A stretch of DNA of 54,412 bases, filler included, from Porpidia crustulata (lineage: Eukaryota): the NCBI GenBank assembly GCA_964255105.1. It is 4 parts of 4 records of this genome, joined end to end, with 100 filler letters (N's around TTAATTAATTAA, not from the genome) between each part and the next. Parts side by side here need not be neighbours in the genome. Positions count along the whole stretch, not along the records: positions 1 to 13,551 come from CAXUWE010000433.1; positions 13,652 to 27,182 come from CAXUWE010000434.1; 2 more parts are not named here. One strand, given 5' to 3'. A program made the position numbers and the translations under genes. Positions 11,418 through 21,756 of this stretch are shown piece after piece; the stretch's first letter is position 1; each line of letters opens with the position of its first letter. Below the pieces are notes generated by a model. The model was given only the letters and a program-made list of their open reading frames with translations. It was not told where the DNA came from and made no database searches.

Positions 11418-12839
11418 ATGTCTCCTGGAAAATCGGGTGGGAAGACGCAGTTATCGCCACCCCTGAACCTGATAGGTATGCTCTTGAATATCGCAACGTT
11501 CTCTTCGTCTCGGCCGAGAGCCCTTAGTATCTAATGCGATCGCCATTGACAGCTGGAGGCGGAGCTGGTATGATGGAAGTACTTTTGTGTCATCCTCTTG
11601 GTATGCCGCTCTTTACTTTAGAGAAACTTGTGCACCATACTTACAGCTGAGCAGACACCATCAAAGTACGGATACAGCTCTCATGTGCAGCTCAAATGTT
11701 CATGTAAGCTCTACGTAATCTAGCTGAATCGCTGCTGTACATCTTAGAGACTTACTTCGCTTCTGACCGCTATCCCAGAGCACCAAAGCCTATAATGTAA
11801 ACATCTGACTAAATTATATGATAGGATCAAAGTAGAGGGCTCTCTAAGACTGTCAGGGATATTGTAAAGCAATCTCCACTTGGCTTCTACAAGGGGCTTG
11901 GGCCTGTCTTTGTAGGTATCATACCGAAGATGGGCATTCGATTTACGAGTTTTGAAGCATACAAGTCAATGCTAGCGGATCGAAGCACTGGAATCTTGAG
12001 CGATCGAGGGACATTTCTAGGTTAGTAGTTTCTGCTTAAAGGCTTGTCAAGCCACTCTATCCGACTCTGCTCACTAGGTATTTAATAAGTCATACAGCTG
12101 GTTTGACTGCTGGTATCACAGAGGCCGTAATGGTAGTAACCACCATGGAAGTGGTCAAAGTCCGTCTCCAAACTCAGAACAATCAAATAGGAGATGGGCT
12201 GAAGGTCCGGAAATATCGAAACACAGGGCACACCTTGTATACTATAGTTGCGGAAGAAGGATTAAGTGCTCTGTACAGCGGAGCGTCTCTGACTGCGATA
12301 CGGCAAGCATCGAACGTATCCGGTACGATTGACTAGAATTACTTTGTGTTTCGCTTTCCAACTCCGTCAGATCGTCTGGTCTCCAGCTCACTCCGCGACA
12401 GTGAACCTAACTGCATACATGAAAATGAAAAGATATCTTCAAGAGTGGCAACCCGCATACACGGGACAAGAGCTGCCGGGATACCAAACCGCAGGGATTG
12501 GCCTGATAGCCGGTTCAATGTGCCCGATTTCCAATGCTCCGATTGACACCATCAGTACGTTTTCTCGTCCCTCATCCTTGTCACTCCAAGCACGTCACCC
12601 TTCGAACTCTGGCTGATCACCAGCCCCATTTTTTAGAAACCCTCGTCCAGAAATCCCCAGCAAAACTTGGCCGGACCGGCATCGCACACATCACCGCCGT
12701 AACGCGAGATCTGTTCAAACGGGAAAGGTAGCGTGCGCTGTACAGGGGCATCACGCCTCGCATCATGCGCATCGGTCCCGGCCAGGCCGTCACATATACT
12801 TTGTACGAGTATTTCAAAGCGAAGCTAGGGCCGGCTTAG
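11418..12839 (+). pseudogene. Mitochondrial carrier, succinate/fumarate (SFC1/ACR1/AcuL) type; divergent, with an in-frame TAG at 12729-12731 (pseudogene, editing target or base error)
   Basis: Spliced reading: NLIAGGGAGMMEVLLCHPLDTIKVRIQLS; GFYKGLGPVFVGIIPKMGIRFTSFEAYK; AGITEAVMVVTTMEVVKVRLQ; LTAIRQASN; SNAPIDTIKT; FKRER*RALYRGITPRIMRIGPGQAVTYTLYEYFK. The exon 3/4 junction phase is uncertain. Confidence 0.75.
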
Positions 12840-13551
12840 GAAAAAATAACTCGCGCCGCGCTCGCCGGGTCGGTTCCCGTGCTTCGCCGCAAATCCGGGA
12901 GCGTTTGACCGCGTGCAATCCTTGCAAAGGAGGGGCCGAGAACTTGCGAGGGTGGAGGTGGGAGATGCATCTCTTCGTCGTGCGGAGGAAGGGAAACGCC
13001 GACAAGTTTGCGCCCGCGAGGGGCATCAAGCACAGCCAGACTTTTCCCTCGGAATCAGACGCGGGAGAGTAAATCAATGACCCGTCCCCGCCCCCCACGG
13101 AGTAGGTGGAGCGTTTTCATAACTTCATCAGATATTGTATCGACTTGCGTGAAGGCGGGGGCCCACGTGTATACCATCGAGTTAGTGCTATACAGTACAT
13201 AACCACAATAATCGAATACATCACCCAAAATAATCCTCTTTTGTATATATTTCCGAACGAAATTAAATCACCAGCCCCGGGCCAGATCAATCGGTAAGTG
13301 TACAAAGAACTCCTACGTAAAAACCGGGTCTCGTGCTTCTCTTGAGGTTGCGCGGGTTTTGACCCCCCGGTGTGGGACTCCCATGCCCCCTCCCCCCGGG
13401 GGGTTTTTTTTTTGGTGGTTCTCTCTCTCTCTTTCTGTTAATTTTTTTTTTTCATCGTGCCGTCAGAACAGGAAGAAGAGAATGGATGATTTTTTTGGAT
13501 CGTTGTTGGTGTGGTGATTTCGACCGGGTGGGTAGGGGGATGGAAATATTT

Positions 13552-13651
13552 NNNNNNNNNNNNNNNNNNNNNNNNNNNNNNNNNNNNNNNNNNNNTTAAT
13601 TAATTAANNNNNNNNNNNNNNNNNNNNNNNNNNNNNNNNNNNNNNNNNNNN
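13552..13651. other. Artificial scaffold linker (N44-TTAATTAATTAA-N44)
   Basis: Stop-in-all-frames linker flanked by Ns; the same linker occurs at 27183-27282 and 40802-40901. Confidence 0.97.
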
Positions 13652-14767
13652 GCGGGGAAAGACGCGCGGGAAGAGCTTCGTCAGGGGCTGCTTCAGCATT
13701 GGCAGGCAGGCGCAGATGATGCCGGCGTTGGCCTCGATCGTCGTCCAGATGGTGGAGCGCAGGGTTCCGTAGATTTGATCCGGTGAGGTCGAAGACGGCT
13801 CCAGCGTCGTGACGCGGAATACCGAGGTGATGCAGACGCTGGACTTTTTTGTCAGTGATGGAGGAACGAAAAGGGGGGGGTTGGAATTGGGGGACTTGCA
13901 ATAAGCCGAGCCCGAAGACCATGACGACGGCGATCTTTTCGTACTTGGGCATCTGCAGCTTCCAGACCACCCGGACTGGCAAGCAGCAGATGACCACGTC
14001 GCTGCCGATGTTGGCGACGGCGTTGGCGACCCAGAACGCCGTCAGGTTGATGCAGGTCCCCGCTATGCTCTTGTCGAACGTGCGGTCGATTGGCGTGCAC
14101 TGGAACGCGGTGACGAAGAAGCTCGCGGTTGCGTAACAAGCGACGAAGAAAAGGACCCCGTGGACGGCGTGCCGGAAGATTGGAGATGCCGTGCTTGACA
14201 CGGCAAAGACGCGGAGGTACAGCAGCAAGATTGAGATCTTGGTGCAGTTGATCGTTAACTTGTATAGTAATTGGCAGCTCCAGAACAACTGCCAGACCTC
14301 TTTAGTCGGTGGCGTGAGAAAGGTCAAGATCACGACTTACCCGCAAGGCAGCGTGCTGATCGTACAGCGACAACGTCGCTGCTGCAGAACCGTACCCAAA
14401 ATAGACACCTACCATCAGTCAAAATCGATCGTATATAGAAGTTCTGAGACCACCCATACCGACACAATTGGCTGCACCAAGACCGATAGCAAAGCACTGT
14501 CAGAATATTCGTTAGCATCTTTATTGTTGATATAGTCTCGCTAGAGCCATCTGATATCGATTAGATTGTAGATAGAGTGAGGGTAGTTACCGCGGAAATA
14601 GCAATAAAATAGTCATCCAGATGTAGTTTCCGTCCAGTCTTCTGTCTAGTACAAATACGATAAATCACCAACGCGACGGCGAGAGCTGTAAAGACCGCGG
14701 TTATGTAAATCAATTCCATGCCACGGCCCTGGAATCGTTCACCAGCTCGATTTTGGATAATACCCAT
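13652..14767 (-). CDS. Pth11-like (fungal rhodopsin-domain) integral membrane protein without CFEM; 3' end cut by the scaffold edge
   Basis: Exons encode RKLHLDDYFIAIS, LYKLTINCTKISILLLYLRVF, FQCTPI, NIGSDVVICCLPV, LQMPKYEKIAV and a WTTIEANAGIICACLP segment, all typical of the family. Confidence 0.85.
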
Positions 14768-16060
14768 TTCTGGAAATGATGATATTGGTCAAAAGGAGAA
14801 GGTTGATAAATAGAGAAGAACTTCAACAAAATCCAGAACATAAGACTGGACTAATGGAGCAGACGTGATTTTGAAAGAACAAATGTCAGAGTCAGTATTC
14901 ACAAGTCGGCGCAGTCGTCATACTGTTGTATCGACAACGACCTCCTTTCCCGAGCAAGGGCTGTTTCCTTAAACCATACCGTTCACCCCTTGCATGGGAA
15001 CTAGTCGGCATCTCAATTGAGTAATTTGACATGAAGGTTTGAACTGATACAAGACACTTCGCCTAGCGTTTGTCCCATCGGCAAGAAACAGCTCCCCGTC
15101 TTGGTGACCTTGGATATCGTCAAGGTGAGACATTCGGACTGCTCATCCAGACATGCGCATTTCACTACACAGGCCATGTATGTTAAGAATTGCGAGTCTC
15201 GCCTGCAGTGACGTACTTGCATGGCAGGATATCAGCAATGCAGTGTGGCGGGAATCGCACCTCGACCCTTGATACCTGAATGATCAGTGCCCTTAGACAT
15301 GTATTCTCAGCCGATGCAGCCAGCCGCTGTCACATAGCAAGACCAATCACATATACTCGGCCTTTTTTTCGAATTCTTGGATCTCGGAACCACCTTACAT
15401 AAGGCATGCACGAGCGGCTGCCGTGCAGTAGCATGGATTCACTTGAGACAGGGTTTCCCCATAATTGACATTTACGATACTCATGCATATATCGACTGCT
15501 TCCCCGCTGCAAGGTTGGCAAATCTATCTTGTACGTCAGTTGAGGCAGGGAATGGGCAATAGTGCAAGCACAGAGGAACGGAATAATGCGCAATAAGGAT
15601 TCTAGGCTTGATATATCCTACATAATCTATAGCTACCTGGCTTGAAAGTTCCCGGCTGTGAGCCACTCTTGTAGGCCAAAGTCCAACCAGGCGTTGGCTA
15701 CGGAAACTGACCATTGAATCTAGAAATCGTAATATGTGATGAGTTGAGGCTCTTACGTGTTGAGAAGTGGGTATCGTAGATATGTGGCGAAAATATGCGT
15801 GATGAAAGGTAGCTATGTTTTTGGGTAATCGTAATTTGGGTCATGCCATAAGCGGACCGTCAAAACTTGTCGTGGCAAGGAGTGCCCGGGAGAGTAGACC
15901 AAATATCAGGAGGAAGTAGGTCTCGTCGGCGGCGTTAGAAAGGAGATCGTGTAAACATTCGTGATGCATTCGTGATCATAAGCTATGCCGTTGTGAGGTG
16001 AACATTTTGCACCAGTAGTGGAAGTGGAAATTCGTGATTTCGTAGCTCGAGTTTTGGATG

Positions 16061-19000
16061 TCATAGAAAGCCGGATTCGGATAGAAGTCTGGAATTACAG
16101 CAGAGGTCAGCCAGATACATAGGGTTGTACCAAAGCTTTCTCCACACTGAGCAAGGGAACAACATAATTTTGAGAAGCCTCTCAAGTCTCAACCATGGTG
16201 ACAGCCGTCAAACATTATCAGGTCTTCAAAAGCTTATGGCACTTCTCAAGTACCGTTGAGCAAGTTTCTCACCTTGTGATTTTTTCGTCCTCCCTCTCCC
16301 TCGGTTCCACAGCCAAACTCTTCTCGTACATCTCATGTACGTCGCCTGCGGCTTGCATATTGCTCAAAATATAATCTTGAAGATCACCAACCGATTTCAG
16401 AGGGTACGGTACGCTTTGATACTGTTGTATATCGCGAATAACCTCGGCTGTCTTGGCGCGTTTAGTAAAATTGATAGAATTGGTCTTCTTAATGACGGAT
16501 GGAATCCCATCTTCGATGAAGGTCAGATCGGTAAGGTAGACACCTTCAGTGCTAATCAGTGATATGTCCCAAGATGAGATCTGGCAGAACGTACCAAAGA
16601 ACGGTATACACGGAGGGTTTGCACTATGAAGCGTTTCTCGATATTCTCCAAAGTTCTTGGTACTGCCCATGAGTCTTCGCATTTGCTCTAGAATTGTCAA
16701 GGTTCGAGCATTCACTTGAGTCCATGTACGATTCAGTCTATGAATTGGCGCTGTACCCAGAGCTGAGATGATTGAGGTTAACGTGGAGAAGTTGTTCATC
16801 GATCGACATTTCTGTACTGCTTAGCATTGGTTGGTAAAATCGTCATTGCTTGACTCACATCTGCAACTTGCACAAAGTGTTTTATTACAACCACTCTTTT
16901 CTTGACGTCTGACTGGTTCAAGATCATTTCCGCCACCCAGTTCGTTAGCTGATTTGAATGCAATATCAAAGCCTTGACATTAGCAGCTGGCTCAGGGTCC
17001 TCTGGAGACACCTTCTTCTGCCAAGTCTTGTTCAGGCATTCGGTAGGCTTAATTTTGCCATATAGACGTGACTCAATGATGGTAAGCTGTCTAGCAAATT
17101 CAGTGGCATCAATATCAAGAAACTTGAGTTTCTTCATATTCTTTGGCATTATGGGTGTTGGCGTTGAGGCGTTGGGCGTAGGTACTAATCTTCTTGCGTT
17201 GGTGTCCTGCCCTCGGAGCCTGAGCTCAACTGCAGCCATTAATGGCCCGGATCCTGGCGTGCTTGTTGTTGCAATGACATCTTTGGCAAATGAGTAAACC
17301 CTTCGAAGGAGTTGATCGCTGGCCTGGTCAGCATTCTCCATCCAGTAACTGTCGAACCAACTCTTCAGAATATTGACAACTCTGAACCGGATGGGCTTTT
17401 GCTTCTTTTCGGCCCAAGTCTTATGATCCTCGAGGGAGATCCCTCTTGGAGGTTGAATACTGAAGCGCTTGACCAACATTTCAAAGAATTCTGGGGCAGT
17501 TGTGAACGATTTGTAGGTCAGAAGGAAGGTGTTGTTGAAGCCAGGATCCAGTCGATCGTGTCTCGTCAACTGCTCTACAAGCGCGATCAAAGTACCTCCG
17601 CGCAGCTGGGGTGGGCTAGCTTTCAGATCGTAAGCAATCTCCCCTTCATACTCAAGCTTGAGGAAGTAAGGCGTTTCTTCGGCCTCACGATTGGGCATCA
17701 TGGGCGCCGGAACTTCACCAAAAAACTTCTTGACCTTCAAGTTACCTTTGTGGAAGTTTTCGGTCGCAGGGTCAACGCCTTGGGTGTACGATCTTGAATT
17801 TCCTGCATCTACAAGAGGGGGCCGCGCATGTCTTGAATGATCAGATGTATGCTGCGGTTTGTAGGAAGGACCACCATTCATCCGTCGGTTCTCATTGGCT
17901 GATGGTATGTCCCTCTGATGTTTGGTCGGTTCTTGAGGTATCAGGTCATGTAGTACCTGTAATGACAACCCAACTTGGGTTACAAGGGCTTCTAGCTGTC
18001 TTAAGGTTGTGCGGACTTCGTTGAGTCGATCATCTAGCGGGTCGCCTCTGGCCTCTGCCCATTCATCACTTAGGGGTGCAGCTACGGCTTGGCACGCTAT
18101 CAGAAGATGCATGATCACATCATATAATCTTTGTTTTTGGTTCGTGAAATCGTTGATTTGTGGGGTTTGAGAAGAGGACCCTAGTGGTGTGAGATCGATA
18201 GATTCGACGGTTGAAATCCACGGACGGAAGAAATCAATGACCTTGGCGGCTGCACCACAAACGGAATTTCCAATTCGCTCATGCCTAAACGGCGTGACAA
18301 GTTTCTCGGTAGTCGCTAATTGCTCCTCGAGCCGACGAACACTAGAGATGATCATTCTCTTGAGGTCATCTAACCGATCCAAAAGATTGACATCCAATTT
18401 CGCGGTCGGTTCAGTAGAAGGCTCATATTCGTCCTGATCCATAAATGAGGTAGACAGCATAGAATCCCGTATCGCTAGATTATTATTTTGCCAGCCGCCG
18501 CCGTTACTGCTGCCCAGTACAAAACCAGGAGTCAGGCGGGGGATCTCTTCGCCACGCTGAGATCTCGCCACTTCGACATAGCCATAGACGCCATGTAGGA
18601 CTCCTTCTGCCTCTTGGAGGCATTTGGAATACGAATCCGGGGCTGGCCAGTCTGCCGCAGCGATGTGGGAAGATAGTACGAGCTTCGAAAAGCGGGACAT
18701 CATGTCCCGGAAATGGGGATAGAGAGCTTTGTTGGTTGAGATGATTGAAGGGTTGCCTGAGTGATTGTCAGTTGTGCCCGATGCGGCTGCAAGGAGCATT
18801 CGAAGATGGTCGGAGATATCCTCCGCTCGGCGAACATATTCCGAGCGATCAGAATTGTTGATAGCCTGTCGGTAGAGCTCAATGGATCGGCGCATGTTGT
18901 CAACGAGTTTATTCCACGTCAAGGGCGCGGTGTCACCATCGTCGAAGAAGGACCGAGGTATAACAGCGGCGGACACTTGACCGAGCGGGTTGGTGAGGAA

Positions 19001-20038
19001 GGACGTCTGTGTTGTGCCAATTGCGGACATCGAAGAAGAAGACGGATGCATCGCAGAAGTCGAATTGGCCATATCGTATGAATCCCCACGACTACGGCCG
19101 TTTGGCGACATGTCTAGGGATTCAGTAGACGCAGATGGTGACACGCCATCTGATATGTAGGAGCTTCTCTTCCTTAAGCGAGAGTTCCGGGACGCATGTA
19201 CCAGAGAGTCGCCGTCGACTTCTGAAGCAGAGGTCTCGTCATCATAGTCGTAGTCCTCACGCTCGATACCCCCAATCACCATCTCTGGAGGTGCCCTTGT
19301 TTGACCAGGGACATGGATATTCAGCCCATCACGCGGGCCGCTTTCGTTTTCTAAGGTGGGCGTCTCGAGCGGGAGCTCCATGGTAGATACGCCAGTCAGA
19401 GTATTGAAATAGAAGAGCCGTCCATCTGGTGTAGCCTGCGGTATCCAAAACGCAGCTTCTTCTTGAACCTGATCCTCGGTTGCATCGCGCGACCTATCAT
19501 GCCTTGATGTTCCGTTTGCGACCAGTGCTTCCTCGTGTTCTTTCCCGTCATCCTCGGTGCCGGAATCGCCGAAAACATCTCCGCCATGTGTCGGCGGTTG
19601 TTCTCCTGCCACGATCGAGTCCCCTGGGCCATTTATAACCGCACAGTAATTGCTGGGGAACCAACCACGAACACCATGGATGATACCATCCCACCATCCG
19701 CTCGCCAATTGCGTAATGACTTGGATGGTGTCGCCTTGACGGAAGCTTAGGCTCGTCCTATCATCCGCCTCATAGTCATAAAGCGCGCGAACGTAGAGTA
19801 CCGTCGGTGGCGCGATACTGACAGCTTGAGGACTCATACCAGCGGCCTGAGAGCTTGATCGCTTCCTCGAGGGTGACCCGTTGGATCCGTACTGCTGCGA
19901 AGGTGTCTGGTCTGCGGTTGCTGCCCTTTGGAACGCTGGCTCTGTGTATTGAAATGCTGCCGCACTGAAAACCCCGGATTTACCATTGGTCGGTCTGGTG
20001 TTGATGGTCAACGGTGCGATGGTCTCCCTCGTGGTCAT
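16061..20038 (-). CDS. CDC25: Ras guanine-nucleotide exchange factor (SH3 - WW - RasGEF_N - RasGEF), 4 exons
   Basis: SH3 VRALYDY...SGWWDG...RGWFPSNY; WW FWIPQATPDGRLFYFNTLTG; REM GGTLIALVEQLT...FLLTYKSF; GEF EFARQLT, NNFSTLTSIISAL, PCIPFFGVYLTDLTFIEDG. A short last exon (~16061-16088) encodes RLLSESGFL*. Confidence 0.93.
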
Positions 20039-21323
20039 GGCGATCAATCATAAACGGGCAGGTTCTTTGAGGGGTGATTGAAGGGAGCTGTCCCACACGC
20101 ATTCGACTCCACACGCCAGAGGATGGGTCGAGAAAGCTTAAAGTCGGGGCCGAACGCTGGGTTCTCGTCAAGTCGACAGTCTTGATATGGGACGCGCTTG
20201 ATAGGCAGATGAAAGCGATAGCGTTAAAGTAGGCTGATAGATATACAATCGCGAGGGTGTGTCTTACTGGTGCCTCGGTCGCCAGCCCCAAGCGCCCGAT
20301 GTTTAGGGACAGGCTGTCAATAGAGATGACTGGCAGTAGAGAGTCGATGGGTTAGGTAGTACAAGGTCCCTGACACTTGCGCACACACAAACTCCGTGAG
20401 TAGGACCTAGAATAATACCAATTTGATGCCTGGTCTCTGGCAATGGACAAATTGGCGTTCTGACGGCAGACCAGTAGACTAGTAGAGGCTGACTTTTGAT
20501 GAAGGCAGCGGGTGCAGGTTCATTGGACAGAGGGGGATAGCCAAGAGAAAACACGACAAGAGAATAAGAGGTGCAGATGAGGCAAGTAAGGTGGTACGAT
20601 CACAATCCTTTGTTCATATGTACGTGGGTTCGCCCTTGATGCGGGCAGTGGGTCCCTGATGGCAGACACTGGCGAGACTCCTTCTCAGGGTCAAGCGAGG
20701 CCCCCAGATTTGTCACTTGTAATGTCTACGAGTATGGACTTAACAACGATTCCTATTTTCAAGACATGCTCCAGTTTTATCTACTAGCTACTTAAAAGCA
20801 GAATAATTCGCCAGTCAACCCACATTCAGCTCTTGAAGAGGATTGCCTCTAGTCTAATACAGACCCATTTATCGATCCCACGCCGCCCGGCCGGCTACAA
20901 GTTATACAATTCTACGAATCTTTCCAACGGCATTACTCTACATTGTCTTCCTCGCCGTCTTGACTGTAATCAATCGGATGTAGGATATTCGAGTGGATCG
21001 GAGATGCAGGGAGACCTCCATTCCCTTACTACTTACCTTACATGCATGATTTAAGCAGTGAGTGGTAGCTACGAAGTACCTTACCGGCATCGAATAAACC
21101 CTGTTAGTCAGCCCTCCCCTTCAGCCCAACAGCCTCCCATCCAGGGCGGGCTAGGAGAAGGCTTTTTCGTGCATTGCATCGCAGTAACGTGACCTCTACG
21201 TAAGGTGAAACTTTATGGGGGAGCTGCACTATAACCTTCTATAGGGTTTCCAATCCTAGTCACGATCACATCGTTGTACAGCGAGTAAGTACCATGTTGA
21301 CAAATTCGTAGACTTTCGAAAAT

Positions 21324-21331
21324 ATGACTCA
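21324..21331 (+). promoter_or_regulatory. Gcn4/CpcA response element upstream of LYS2
   Basis: ATGACTCA ~430 bp upstream of the LYS2 ATG; amino-acid biosynthesis genes are classic cross-pathway-control targets. Confidence 0.6.
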
Positions 21332-21756
21332 ATCAGAAGATTTCTTCTGTCATAAATCGCAATTCGAAGACTACCCACAAACTAGCTTAGTAAATTAAGC
21401 GAGCTATTCGCTAATTGTTCTGTTCGACACTTAGCGCCGTTCGCTCTCTGTGTAAATTATAATTTTAGATCCGAGTGATCGACACAATCTTTTGGTGTGA
21501 GTATTGAATTTAGATCGTTAATACGTGATGTGACTGATCGATGTAGCGATCCATGTAAATATTGCCTTAGAACGTACTACTAATAGACGGAAGCTCCGAA
21601 AGCTAGATGTTGTCGAGAGATCGATTGTAAGATATAGCGTTCTCGGTCTGCATGAAAGCAGAATCTCTAAAGATATTCACTTTTGGCTTCAAATCTATAT
21701 AGACGGGCGCTCTAAGAGCATGATTCCCACATTGTCTCCTACTAATACCGTTCAAT

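Noticed and set aside
12840..13551. Short ORFs and homopolymer-rich sequence after the carrier
   Set aside because: Low-complexity, probably low-quality scaffold end with no recognisable protein.
13596..13607. TTAATTAATTAA palindrome occurring three times at ~13.6-kb spacing
   Set aside because: Artificial linker flanked by Ns, not a biological repeat.
13652..14767. Pth11-like gene as a member of the PrpF cluster
   Set aside because: On a different scaffold; the adjacency is artificial.
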